A stretch of DNA of 64,000 nucleotides, taken from positions 16,974 to 80,973 of the forward strand of contig JBFMBG010000002.1 of assembly GCA_040755215.1 (NCBI GenBank), written 5' to 3'. The position numbers were made by a program, and so were the translations under genes. Of the stretch, positions 17,446 to 26,710 are shown piece by piece. The notes under the pieces were generated by a model. That model ran no database searches, was not told the origin of the DNA, and saw nothing but the letters and a program-made list of their open reading frames with translations. Source of the stretch: Bacillota bacterium (GTDB lineage: Bacteria > Bacillota > Desulfotomaculia > Desulfotomaculales > Nap2-2B). Positions within the stretch are counted from its first letter, which is position 1. Each line of letters begins with the position of its first letter.

Positions 17446-17472
17446 TAAGTTAAGTGCCTGGCACTTAACTTA
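17446..17472. repeat. 27-nt near-perfect palindrome between the binding-protein and permease genes
   Basis: TAAGTTAAGTGCC-t-GGCACTTAACTTA. Confidence 0.8.
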
Positions 17473-17621
17473 CGCTCGTTACCGGCCCTTCGCATATGTT
17501 GCTCCTGGCAAAACGGACGGCAAGCCGGTGGTTTTTCATTCTTTGTGGCGGAGACGCGCAGGTTAAAAGTGGGGGGAAGAGGAAGGGGGGTTTCCCCCTC
17601 CGCTTCCCCTGTTTTTGCCGC

Positions 17622-18938
17622 TTACTTCCTGTCCTTCCACCTGGGGGTCGGCCAGATGATCTGTTTGGAAGCCAGATCCCACGGCCACACAGTTACGTAC
17701 TGGCCGTCCTGGATCTGGACGATGATCCCTGAGCCGAGCACGTTCTGGTGGGTTGCCGGGTCGAACTTGACCCCCTGCCAGGGCATGATCAATTGGTCTC
17801 CCGGTATATTCGTTTCTTCCAGGGCCTTTTTTATCGCCGCCGGGTCGGTGGAGCCCGCCCGGTTGATGGCGTCGGCCAAAACCAGGAGAGCGGTGAAGGC
17901 GCGGGCTGAATTGCCGTTCATGTTCGAGCCGTATTTTTGTTTATAGAGGTCATTTACCTTTTCGACGATTGGTTTCTTTTTACCGAAGTCCAGCGCCCAG
18001 ACTTCACGGCTGAAAACGTAATAGCCGTCTTTGCCCAACGCCTTCAGATACTCCGTGTCAATAAAGCCGGCGTCCATGGCCAGGATGGCGTCTGGATTAT
18101 AGTCCATATCCTTGTATGTCTTCATGTACAGGATGGCGTCGGAAGCGTAGGAAGCCTGCAGGACGACGTTCGCCCCGGAAGCTTTGAGCTTTTGCACCTC
18201 GCTGCCGACGTTGGTGCTTTTGGCCGGGTAGGCGATGTCGGCCACCACGTTATAGCCGAATTCCTTGGCAAATTTATTTTCCGCTTTGCCCACATCCGTG
18301 CCCCAAAGGGTATTTTCGTAGACAATGCCCAGCTTTGGATCTTTGACTGTTCCCTTTTTCTTCAAGTCCTCGAGGAACTGGAAGAAATTCTTGGCAAACA
18401 TGTCGTCATCAGGGGTGGTGCGGAAAAACCACTTAAAGTTTCGCTGCGTCAAGGTAGGAGAGGTGGACGTGCCGTTCACAAAGGGGATGCCGTAGCGCTC
18501 CGCAACCTGGCTGGCCGTCGCCGTCACCGCGCTGTGGTAACAGCCGATCAGGGCGGCAACCTTTTCCTGGTTAATCAGCCGCTCCGCCTCGCTCATTCCT
18601 TTTTCCGCCGAACCCTGGTGGTCTCCGGATACGATGGTGACGGTGGCCCCGCCCAGGTTGGGCAAGCCCTTCGTTTTCGCCAGGGGCAGGTTCAGGTCCG
18701 GGTATTCGCCGTTAATGATTTCGGCGGCCAGCTTTACTCCGTTCATCAGATCGATCCCGGTAACGGCCGCGGCGCCCGTCAGCGGATAGATGGTGCCGAT
18801 CTTAACTTCCTTGGCCGCCGGTTTTTCCTGGGCCTGTCCGGGCGGCTTTTTTTGCGAGGCGCACCCGGCGCCGGCCAGGGCCACAATCAACACCGCCGCC
18901 ACGAGCCAAAGGCTCCTCTTCATTTTCCAAAAAGACAT
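17622..18938 (-). CDS. ABC transporter substrate-binding lipoprotein (LivJ/K-like)
   Basis: Start chosen at the ATG 9 nt after GAAGGAGG. Lipobox LAGAGC, then a periplasmic-binding-protein type I pattern (KIGTIYPLTGAAA). Confidence 0.8.
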   Translation of the reverse strand: MSFWKMKRSLWLVAAVLIVALAGAGCASQKKPPGQAQEKPAAKEVKIGTIYPLTGAAAVTGIDLMNGVKLAAEIINGEYPDLNLPLAKTKGLPNLGGATVTIVSGDHQGSAEKGMSEAERLINQEKVAALIGCYHSAVTATASQVAERYGIPFVNGTSTSPTLTQRNFKWFFRTTPDDDMFAKNFFQFLEDLKKKGTVKDPKLGIVYENTLWGTDVGKAENKFAKEFGYNVVADIAYPAKSTNVGSEVQKLKASGANVVLQASYASDAILYMKTYKDMDYNPDAILAMDAGFIDTEYLKALGKDGYYVFSREVWALDFGKKKPIVEKVNDLYKQKYGSNMNGNSARAFTALLVLADAINRAGSTDPAAIKKALEETNIPGDQLIMPWQGVKFDPATHQNVLGSGIIVQIQDGQYVTVWPWDLASKQIIWPTPRWKDRK

Positions 18939-19033
18939 TAAAAGCAACCTCCTTCACGTAAAATTTTAAATTGTCAGCTTATTGGCCGGCCTGATTAAAT
19001 TGTTAAAACTTTTTTCCTTCACCTCCCCCGCAA

Positions 19034-19804
19034 TTAATCAAAATAACCGAGGCTGCGGGATATGTCCCGGGCGGTTTGCCGGAGAACGGGCAGCAGCCTC
19101 TCGACGTCCTCGTCCTGGTAGGCGTGAAGAGGCCCGGCAATGCTCAGGGCGGCAACCACCTTTTTGGCGTGGTCGCGCAGAGGAACGGCCAGCTCAGCCG
19201 AGCCGGGCTCGAGTTCTGCCCTGCTCAAAGCGTATCCCGTTTTTCTCACCTCGGCCAGAACACCGAGCAACCTGGGAACGTCCGTTATCGTCGCGGGTGT
19301 GTGCACCACGGGCGGCCGCTTTTTGAGGATGCCGGCGATCTTCTCTTCAGGCATAAAAGCCAGGAGCAGGCGCGTTGAGGCGCCGGCGTAAAGCGGCGCC
19401 CGCCGGCCGGGGCGGATATACAGCCGCACGGGCTTGATCGCTTCCACCACTTCCACGTACACGCCTTCCAGGCCGTCCACAACAACCAGCTGAACTGAAT
19501 CGCCAACCTCGTTGCGCAGTTTAATCATGTGGGGAAGGGCTACCCTGCGCACTTCCAGCTGTTCCTTCACCATGCTCCCCAGCTCTAAAAGCTTAAAACC
19601 CAGCCCGTACCGGTATTCTTTGTTATGATCCGGAATCCTGTGCAGAAAGCCGGCGTGTTCTAAGGTAGTCACCAGCCGGTAGGTGGTGGAGCGTGAAAAT
19701 TTGGTCAGGACGCAAAGTTCATCGAGGGTAAGCACCGGTTGTTCCTTGGTAAAGTAGTTGAGTAGAGAAAGGGCTTTCGCTACGCTGGAAATGTGGTGAT
19801 GCAT
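19034..19804 (-). CDS. IclR-family transcriptional regulator
   Basis: 256 aa with an N-terminal wHTH (LSLLNYF...LTLDELCVLTKFSRSTTYRLVTTLE) and a C-terminal IclR effector domain pattern. Confidence 0.85.
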   Translation of the reverse strand: MHHHISSVAKALSLLNYFTKEQPVLTLDELCVLTKFSRSTTYRLVTTLEHAGFLHRIPDHNKEYRYGLGFKLLELGSMVKEQLEVRRVALPHMIKLRNEVGDSVQLVVVDGLEGVYVEVVEAIKPVRLYIRPGRRAPLYAGASTRLLLAFMPEEKIAGILKKRPPVVHTPATITDVPRLLGVLAEVRKTGYALSRAELEPGSAELAVPLRDHAKKVVAALSIAGPLHAYQDEDVERLLPVLRQTARDISRSLGYFD

Positions 19805-20038
19805 TTCTGTTGACCGTCTTTCCTTAATTTACCTTTCACATTATGAATTGTTAATTTATCATTGAGAAATCAAAAATACCTATTCTCCCATAATTTTATA
19901 AATCCTGCTTCCAAACCGATCATTTTCGAAAAAATTTTTTGCCGGCACCTCGAAAAAAGAAAAACGCTTCCCTATAAAAGGAAACGCTTAAAATTCGCAA
20001 GAAACGGGAACAAGCCCCCGATTCAGAAAAAATTTAAA

Positions 20039-21301
20039 TCACATCACCCGCCCCGCCGCCTGGTGCAGGGCGGCGCAGTCGTCCCACGGGCCGACGCTGG
20101 CGATGGCGAAGGTTTCCGGGGTCAGCGCGGTGCGGGCAAACTCCCTGATCTGCTCTGCCGTCACCTGGTTTATTTTTTCCACCACTTCTTCCGGCGGAAC
20201 CACTTTTCCCAGGTAAAGCTGGGATTTGGCCAGCCTGCTCATCCGCGTGCTGACGTTTTCCAGGCTTAAAAACAGGTTGCCTTTCATCTGGTCTTTGGCC
20301 CGGCGCAATTCTTCTTCCGGAATGCCGTTTTTCTGGATGTTCCGGATCTCGTTGCAAACCAGCTCCATTACCGGCGCCACATTATTTTTGCTCAACCCTG
20401 CGTAAACGCAAAACAGGCCCGTATCACGGTAACTGCTGTGGTAAGAGTAAATCGAGTACGCCAGGCCGCGGTTTTCGCGGATTTCCTGGAACAGCCGGGA
20501 GCTCAAACCGCCGCCCAGGATGGTGTTGATGATCTGAAAGACGTAGATCTGCTCGTGGTCCAGGGGCAGCCCCGGCGCGCCCAGGCATAAGTGGATTTGC
20601 TCCGTTTCTTTTTGCCTGCAGGTTACCAGGTGCTGCGGCACGGGCCGGTTTTGTTCGCGGCGGGAAGCCTGCCCGTTCGCGCCTTGAAAAACCTTTTGGA
20701 TTTTTTCCACAGCCTGCTGGTGGTCGATATTTCCGGCCAGGGCCACAATGAAATTCCCCGGGCGATAATTTTTCTGAAAGTAAGCGAGGATTTGCTCCCG
20801 GCTTAAACCGCCGATGACTCCGGCGTTGCCGATGATCGGGCGCCCCAAGGAATGACCCTGCCAGATGGTGTTGGCAAAGACGTCGTGGACCAGTTCGTCA
20901 GGGGTGTCTTCGTACATCTTGATTTCTTCGATGATCACGTTTCTTTCCCGGTCGATATCCTCCGGTTTAAAAAGGGGGTTAAAAATCATGTCCGCCAGAA
21001 CATCCAGGGCAAGATCGAAGTATTCGTCCATCACCCGGGCGTAAAAACAGGTAAATTCTTTCGTGGTAAAGGCGTTTAACTGCCCGCCCACGGCGTCCAG
21101 CGCCTCGGCTATTTGCCTGGCCGTGCGCTTCCCGGTCCCCTTAAAAAGGAGGTGTTCAATAAAATGGGATACCCCCGCCAGCTCTTCCGGTTCGTCCCGC
21201 GAACCAACGTCCACCCAGACGCCCAGGGCTAGAGAGCGGACGTGGGGGATGTCTTCCGTCAAGATTTGCACTCCGTTGTCCAGCACCACTCTCTGGTACA
21301 T
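20039..21301 (-). CDS. M16-family zinc peptidase (insulinase-like)
   Basis: 420 aa with the HFIEHLLFKGT inverted zincin motif (HxxEH). It lies downstream of pnp, as is common in Firmicutes. Confidence 0.85.
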   Translation of the reverse strand: MYQRVVLDNGVQILTEDIPHVRSLALGVWVDVGSRDEPEELAGVSHFIEHLLFKGTGKRTARQIAEALDAVGGQLNAFTTKEFTCFYARVMDEYFDLALDVLADMIFNPLFKPEDIDRERNVIIEEIKMYEDTPDELVHDVFANTIWQGHSLGRPIIGNAGVIGGLSREQILAYFQKNYRPGNFIVALAGNIDHQQAVEKIQKVFQGANGQASRREQNRPVPQHLVTCRQKETEQIHLCLGAPGLPLDHEQIYVFQIINTILGGGLSSRLFQEIRENRGLAYSIYSYHSSYRDTGLFCVYAGLSKNNVAPVMELVCNEIRNIQKNGIPEEELRRAKDQMKGNLFLSLENVSTRMSRLAKSQLYLGKVVPPEEVVEKINQVTAEQIREFARTALTPETFAIASVGPWDDCAALHQAAGRVM

Positions 21302-21320
21302 AACGACTTAACTACCCCCT

Positions 21321-21450
21321 CGTAATGGTGGTTGGTGGTTAGTGGTTGGTGGTTGGGAGCGAAAGCGATCAACACGTTGTTTTAAACAGCGGATTACTGT
21401 GAAAAGAGCCCGAACGACTTCACCACCAACGGCCTCCAACCAAACGACGG
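21321..21450. repeat. GGT-rich / ACC-rich inverted-repeat intergenic element, copy A
   Basis: Left arm ggtggttggtggttagtggttggtggttggg (21327-21357). Right arm caccaccaacggcctccaaccaaac (21421-21445). gttggtggt pairs with accaccaac. It fills the pnp to M16-peptidase gap. Confidence 0.75.
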
Positions 21451-21461
21451 TTGGCAATTGG

Positions 21462-23672
21462 TTATCTGCGCGCCTCCCTGGCCCGCGCCGGACGCTTGTG
21501 GGGAGCTCCCGCGCCGGGGGTGCGTCTGGGTTCTACCGGCAGGGCGTCTTTGCGGGAAAGGCGCAACCGTCCCTGGTTGTCGTAGCCCAGAACCTTGACG
21601 ACGATAGTGTCGCCTTCTTTGACCACGTCCTCAACCCTGTTCACGCGCTGGTGCGCCAGCTGGGAGATGTGCACCAGACCTTCTTTCCCCGGCAGGCCCA
21701 GCACCCCCGGAATAATCTCCACGAAGCAGCCGAAATCGGTCACCCGGGTGACTCTTCCGGTATAGATTGCGCCGGTGACGACCTCCTTGGTCAGACTTTC
21801 GATAATTTCCATCGCCCGCTGGCCCCCCTTGGGGTCAACGGCGGCGATAAAGACCCGGCCGTCGTCTTCAATGTCGATTTCGGCGTTGGTTTCTTCAATG
21901 ATCTTTTTAATAATCCGGCCTCCGGGACCGATGACGTCCCTGATTTTATCCGGATCGATCACCATGTGCAGGATGCGCGGCGCGTACGGCGACAGTTCCG
22001 GGCGGTAGGCAGGAATGACTTCCAGCATCTTCTGCAGGATGTACATCCGCCCCGCGTGGGCCTGGGCCAGGGCCTTCGCCAGGATTTCCTTCGTCACCCC
22101 GGGGATCTTAATGTCCATTTGCAGGGCCGTTACGCCCTGGGCTGAGCCGGCCACCTTAAAATCCATGTCCCCCAGGTGGTCTTCGATCCCCTGGATGTCC
22201 GTCAACACGGCCACTTCGTCGCCCTCTTTCACCAGGCCCATGGCCACCCCGGAAACCGGGGCCTTGATCGGAACGCCCGCGTCCATCAGGCTTAAACAGC
22301 TGCCGCAAACGCTTCCCATGGATGTGGAGCCGTTGGATTCCAGGACCTCGGACACAATCCGGATGGTGTAGGGGAAGACGTCTTCCCCCGGAATAACCGC
22401 CTCCAGCGCCCGCTCGGCCAGCGCGCCGTGCCCGATCTCCCGGCGCCCGGGCGACCGGATCGGCCTTACCTCCCCGGTGCTGTACGGCGGGAAATTGTAG
22501 TGGTGCATGAACCGCTTGGTCTCCTCCACGTCCAGCCCGTCTAAAATCTGCTCGTCCGAAATGGGGCCCAGGGTCACGGTGGAAAGCACCTGCGTTTGCC
22601 CCCGCCGGAAAAGGGCCGATCCGTGGGTTCTGGGCAAAAGCCCCACCTCGATGGCCAGCGGGCGAACCTCGTCCAGGGCCCGGCCGTCGATCCGGATTTT
22701 GTGCTTCAGGATGAACTCCCGGACGACTTTCTTTTCGGTGTTTTCCAAAATCTTTAGAATGCTTTTCTCCTCTTCCGGGAAGGTTTCTAAATACGCCTGC
22801 GCCAGCTGGGTTTTTACTTCTTCGAACAATTTTTCCCTTTCTTTTTTGTCCAGCCTTTCGGCGATGCAGCGCTGCACCGCGGCCCTGATTTTTTCCTCCG
22901 CCTCGCCGGCTATGGCCTGCTCCACTTCCGGATTAATTTCTTCGATTACCGGCTCGAACTTCGGCCTGGCCAGGCCGCGGGCCAGAGCCTCTTCCCGGAA
23001 AGCTTTTATAAAATTGACAATTTCTTTAACCTTCTGGTGCCCAAAAGCAATTCCTTCTAAAATGGTTTCCTCGGGCACTTCCCGGGCGCCGGCCTCCACC
23101 ATCATCACGGCTTCCTCCGTACCCGCAACGACGAGATGCAGCTGGTTTTTTTCCGCCTGGGCCAGGGTGGGGTTGATGACCAGCCGGCCGTCCACCAGGC
23201 CCACGATAACGCCGCCGATGGGACCGCCGAAGGGAATCTCGCTCACGTGCAAAGCAGCGGAAGCGCCGATCATGGCGGTGATTTCCGGCGGATTATCCTG
23301 GTCGACGGAAAGGACGGTGGCCACCACCTGCACTTCGTTCCGGAAGCCCTTGGGAAAAAGCGGGCGGATGGGGCGGTCAATCAGGCGGGCGCTCAAAATG
23401 GCCTTTTCGCTGGGGCGGCCCTCGCGCTTAATAAACCCCCCGGGAATTCTGCCCACCGCGTAAAGCCTTTCTTCGTAATCCACCGTCAGCGGGAAAAAAT
23501 CAATTCCTTCACGTACTTCCGGCGCCATGGTGGCGGTAACCAGCACCACCGTATCGCCGTACCTGACCAGAACGGAGCCGCCGGCCTGCCTGGCCACCTT
23601 GCCCAGCTGCAGTTTCAGGGGCCGGCCCCCGATGTCGATTTCCCTTTCTAATATTCCTTGCTCTTCGGTCAT
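21462..23672 (-). CDS. pnp: polynucleotide phosphorylase
   Basis: 736 aa with two RNase PH-like halves, KH and S1 regions ([14 protein letters not shown]); follows rpsO. Confidence 0.95.
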   Translation of the reverse strand: MTEEQGILEREIDIGGRPLKLQLGKVARQAGGSVLVRYGDTVVLVTATMAPEVREGIDFFPLTVDYEERLYAVGRIPGGFIKREGRPSEKAILSARLIDRPIRPLFPKGFRNEVQVVATVLSVDQDNPPEITAMIGASAALHVSEIPFGGPIGGVIVGLVDGRLVINPTLAQAEKNQLHLVVAGTEEAVMMVEAGAREVPEETILEGIAFGHQKVKEIVNFIKAFREEALARGLARPKFEPVIEEINPEVEQAIAGEAEEKIRAAVQRCIAERLDKKEREKLFEEVKTQLAQAYLETFPEEEKSILKILENTEKKVVREFILKHKIRIDGRALDEVRPLAIEVGLLPRTHGSALFRRGQTQVLSTVTLGPISDEQILDGLDVEETKRFMHHYNFPPYSTGEVRPIRSPGRREIGHGALAERALEAVIPGEDVFPYTIRIVSEVLESNGSTSMGSVCGSCLSLMDAGVPIKAPVSGVAMGLVKEGDEVAVLTDIQGIEDHLGDMDFKVAGSAQGVTALQMDIKIPGVTKEILAKALAQAHAGRMYILQKMLEVIPAYRPELSPYAPRILHMVIDPDKIRDVIGPGGRIIKKIIEETNAEIDIEDDGRVFIAAVDPKGGQRAMEIIESLTKEVVTGAIYTGRVTRVTDFGCFVEIIPGVLGLPGKEGLVHISQLAHQRVNRVEDVVKEGDTIVVKVLGYDNQGRLRLSRKDALPVEPRRTPGAGAPHKRPARAREARR

Positions 23673-23731
23673 GAAAAGTTAAACCTCCTGTTTTCCGTTC
23701 AATTTTAGTATCCCCCCGGCGCAATATTTTA

Positions 23732-23757
23732 GAAAAAGCGGGGGCAACCCCGCTTTC
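23732..23757 (-). terminator. rho-independent terminator/attenuator between rpsO and pnp
   Basis: Minus strand GCGGGGTTGCCCCCGC hairpin followed by TTTTTCT, located 12 nt after the rpsO stop. Confidence 0.7.
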
Positions 23758-23768
23758 CCATGGTCACG

Positions 23769-24038
<270 letters not shown>

Positions 24039-24119
24039 TCGCTCACCTCCCCGTATTCTGACCTAATCGCTGCAGACTAAGTGAACCGTCGTCAAAAGGC
24101 GCATTACCTGGTCTGCAGT

Positions 24120-24341
24120 TCATTTACCGATAATCGTGATCACCAGGCGGCCGTCCGGGATGTCCTTGGCAACCAGGTCAAACACCCGGCCCGATTTGGC
24201 CAGAAAGCCGCGAAAACGGGTGGCCGTCGGGATCCGCCCCGGAATGCTGCCGGCGGCGTTAACGATGTCCGCCACCGTTATTTTCTCCTGGCGCAGGTCG
24301 TTCAGCCTTTTGCGGGCGTGTTCGGTAATGATTACGCGCAT
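24120..24341 (-). CDS. small toxin-like protein (DUF4258/RelE-fold-like)
   Basis: 73 aa. ITEHARKRL...R near the N-terminus and LVITIIGK at the C-terminus resemble DUF4258 toxins. It abuts the upstream small ORF with no gap. Confidence 0.4.
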   Translation of the reverse strand: MRVIITEHARKRLNDLRQEKITVADIVNAAGSIPGRIPTATRFRGFLAKSGRVFDLVAKDIPDGRLVITIIGK

Positions 24342-24569
24342 TTACAAAAGGCCTCCGAGCGAAAACAGGTTGTCTGCTTCCTCCGCCAGGAAGGCGTAAA
24401 GGGCGTCCTGAAAAGCGTTAATGACCGGATCTTCCAGATTCGCCTGCCGGTAAATCTGCTCCAGTTCGTTTTTCAGCTCCTGGAATTCCTCGCTTAAACA
24501 AATGAGAGCGATTGACCGGACCCACTTTTTGATTTCCTCTTCCGAGGAATCGAACCTGGGCACCCCCAT
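24342..24569 (-). CDS. putative cognate antitoxin (unclassified, acidic helical)
   Basis: The ORF track extends to 24614. I prefer the ATG at 24569 because a -35/-10 pair sits at 24613-24641. The 75-aa ORF directly abuts the toxin-like gene. Confidence 0.35.
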   Translation of the reverse strand: MGVPRFDSSEEEIKKWVRSIALICLSEEFQELKNELEQIYRQANLEDPVINAFQDALYAFLAEEADNLFSLGGLL

Positions 24570-24612
24570 GCAGCGTCTCCTTTCCCGGGGCAGAGGGACT
24601 TTGACACCAACC

Positions 24613-24641
24613 ATTTTAGCATAATTAAAAAGAGAAGTAAA
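24613..24641 (-). promoter_or_regulatory. sigmaA-type promoter candidate for the TA-like pair
   Basis: The minus strand reads TTTACT-17 nt-TAAAAT, about 44 nt upstream of the ATG at 24569. Confidence 0.4.
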
Positions 24642-24938
24642 CTTGATTCTGTGCTACATGAGGGGTTTTCTTTAATATTGCGCCCTAATTAAAAGCATTC
24701 CCGCGTGCCATTTCAAGGGTCAGCTTAATCAATAAGAAGACCTCCTGGTACAGAAAGATAAGGACAAAACTAAAATGTACCGGATGTCGTTGTCTTTACT
24801 CATAATTTTCCTTTACTTTCGTTTATTAGTTACACCGGTCCCCCTCCGGCAACGGGCAAACGGAGTTTTATTCTCATGTGCTACACCTTGCTGCACGCGG
24901 AGCTATTATTTCCCAATTCAAAAGAGCATATTTGGAAC

Positions 24939-24964
24939 ACCCGGATTCGGTTCCGGGTTTTTTT
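24939..24964 (+). terminator. orphan plus-strand rho-independent terminator
   Basis: ACCCGGA-ttcggt-TCCGGGT stem followed by a T7 run. No annotated plus-strand gene lies upstream. Confidence 0.6.
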
Positions 24965-25047
24965 ATTGAAGAAAGTTTGCCGGCAATGCATAATTGTATT
25001 AAAGTAATAACTTAATATTATAGGCAAATTAGTACTTTACGAAATTG

Positions 25048-25067
25048 GTAATACACTTATGTATTAC
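25048..25067. promoter_or_regulatory. palindromic upstream activator site candidate (ATAC-N6-GTAT core)
   Basis: GTAATACActtaTGTATTAC, an 8-bp perfect inverted repeat. The core at 25051-25064 lies 43 nt upstream of the -24 element at 25108. Confidence 0.55.
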
Positions 25068-25107
25068 TATGTGGAAAACAATTGCTAAAAAACAATTACT
25101 TTAAAAT

Positions 25108-25123
25108 TGGCATTATTTTTGCT
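25108..25123 (+). promoter_or_regulatory. sigma54 -24/-12 promoter (P1)
   Basis: TGGCATTATTTTTGCT has GG-N10-GC spacing and matches TGGCAC-N5-TTGCW. It is 28 nt upstream of the ATG at 25151, with a GAGGTGA SD in between. Confidence 0.7.
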
Positions 25124-25150
25124 ATTTGAATTTTTTGAGGTGAGTTAAAA

Positions 25151-26638
25151 ATGCCACCTTCGTCATTGATAAATTTTCTTGAATCGAAATTTGCCCGGTC
25201 AATCCCGAACATGCAGTTGCCGATTAGGCCTGATGAGCCCTCGAGAGGGCTTCCGGACGGAGCAACGGTGGTTATTGTCGGCGGCGGCCTGGCGGGCAGT
25301 TGCTTTGCCCGGCTCCTGTTAATGCTTTGCCACAAGGAAAATAGACGCATTAACATCTATTTGGTGAATAGCACAGGCTGTAATTATTGTGGGGGCTTGG
25401 TAACTAATATTGCCCAAGAGGCAATGGAGCGTTTATATAAGCTAAACATAACAGACAATCTAGTGCTGGAAAAAATAAACTCCTTTGTTTATGTTAACAG
25501 AGAAGGTCATGTAAAAATTGAGCTGCCAACTCCGATTACCGCTACCTTGCGAACTAGTCGCTTTGGGGTAACTGGTTTTGACGATTCGATTAAGCATAGA
25601 ATACTTGAAGGAATGGAAGATTATACAAAAACATCCACCTTTACGCGCATCGAACCCACTATCGTCAAAAATATTATTCCGCCCGACGGCAAATCCAAAA
25701 AATGGCGGGTGGTTTTAAGCCGCCGCCGGCCGAACGGGTCTCCGGACGAATTATCAGCCGACCTGGTTGTCTTGGCAGCGGGATTTAATTCTTTGGACAA
25801 ACCAATGATCAACCGTTATATGCAAAGTACCGGATTTAAACCTCCGCCTGTACTCCGCGCTTGCGTTACGGAGATAGATACTTCTACTGCCAGATATAAC
25901 CGCGTAGGCCAACATGTATATATGATCGACGGAATCGTCCCGGGTTCTATTCTGGCTTTTATTCCCAAAGGTAAAAATTGGTTAACCTTGACTTCCTTGA
26001 ACAAAGTGCTGAGCTTTGAAGATCTGGAAACTTTATTTAACCATCCAGTTGTGAAGGAAATTATTGACTTGCCCAACCCGGCAGAATGCTTGCGCTGCCA
26101 TGTAATTTGCCCGTCTTTTGTTTTTACCGGTCCATCGCGGCATTTTTACGGTGATGGTTGGGTAGCCGTAGGCGATTTAGCAGGATACGGCCGGGTTTTA
26201 AAAGACGGTTACTTTGCAGCCTTTGTTGGTGCATGGTACGCGGTTCACACAGTTTTTTACCACGGGACCTCCCGCGCTCACTTTGAGCGCCACTATCATG
26301 GCCCCTTGCGCCGGTTTAATCGAGAAAACCTCCTTGGAATTAAGCTTTTCAACTTTAATATGTTTATTGGTCGGCAAAAATGGTTCAATCGTTTGCTTCT
26401 GGCCGCAGCAAAGGAGGAGCGGCAAAAAAACCCTTACGGTTGGGCTATCCACGCTGCTTTTCGGAGCCTCCAGACTGGTCTTTTACCCTATCTGCTTATA
26501 TGCTTACTTTTTGTGGTAGGTGTTTTTCGTTACGTCCTACGTCACCCTTTTCAAGCATGGAGAATTTTTTTTGCAGAGACAGGGAAAACCGCGGCAAAAG
26601 CAAAAAAATCCTTATCGGCTGCACGAAAGATTATTTAA
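25151..26638 (+). CDS. FAD-dependent oxidoreductase with C-terminal membrane helix (function unknown)
   Basis: 495 aa. VVIVGGGLAGSCFARLL dinucleotide-binding motif, GDGWVAVGDLAGY (GD motif), CNYCGG Cys pair, hydrophobic LLPYLLICLLFVVGVF near the C-terminus. The gene is visibly AT-richer than its surroundings. Confidence 0.55.
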   Translation: MPPSSLINFLESKFARSIPNMQLPIRPDEPSRGLPDGATVVIVGGGLAGSCFARLLLMLCHKENRRINIYLVNSTGCNYCGGLVTNIAQEAMERLYKLNITDNLVLEKINSFVYVNREGHVKIELPTPITATLRTSRFGVTGFDDSIKHRILEGMEDYTKTSTFTRIEPTIVKNIIPPDGKSKKWRVVLSRRRPNGSPDELSADLVVLAAGFNSLDKPMINRYMQSTGFKPPPVLRACVTEIDTSTARYNRVGQHVYMIDGIVPGSILAFIPKGKNWLTLTSLNKVLSFEDLETLFNHPVVKEIIDLPNPAECLRCHVICPSFVFTGPSRHFYGDGWVAVGDLAGYGRVLKDGYFAAFVGAWYAVHTVFYHGTSRAHFERHYHGPLRRFNRENLLGIKLFNFNMFIGRQKWFNRLLLAAAKEERQKNPYGWAIHAAFRSLQTGLLPYLLICLLFVVGVFRYVLRHPFQAWRIFFAETGKTAAKAKKSLSAARKII

Positions 26639-26710
26639 AACCTGAATCCGTGATACCATCTCACCAATAACCATTTTCAGGCATAAGATTCAGGTAAAGC
26701 TTTCGGGAGC

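Noticed and set aside
17456-17472. TGGCAC inside the 27-nt palindrome, considered as a sigma54 -24 element.
   Set aside because: The position 10 nt downstream of GG is AC, not GC, and the hexamer is simply part of the palindrome arms.
17572-17611. G-rich/C-rich hairpin just after the binding-protein gene stop, considered as an intrinsic terminator.
   Set aside because: Only about 5-6 contiguous G:C pairs form, the extension is mismatched, and no adjacent U-tract exists on either strand.
24070-24118. 8-bp perfect inverted repeat CTGCAGAC...GTCTGCAG (33-nt spacer) in the rpsO 5' leader, considered as a possible S15 autoregulatory structure or a terminator of the TA-like pair.
   Set aside because: There is no U-tract, and I cannot match it to a known S15 leader fold by eye, so I could not decide its function. 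I left it out of the feature list.
24775-24969. 64-aa plus-strand ORF in the AT-rich gap.
   Set aside because: It has no SD and an odd composition, and it reads straight through the terminator hairpin. It is more likely non-coding.
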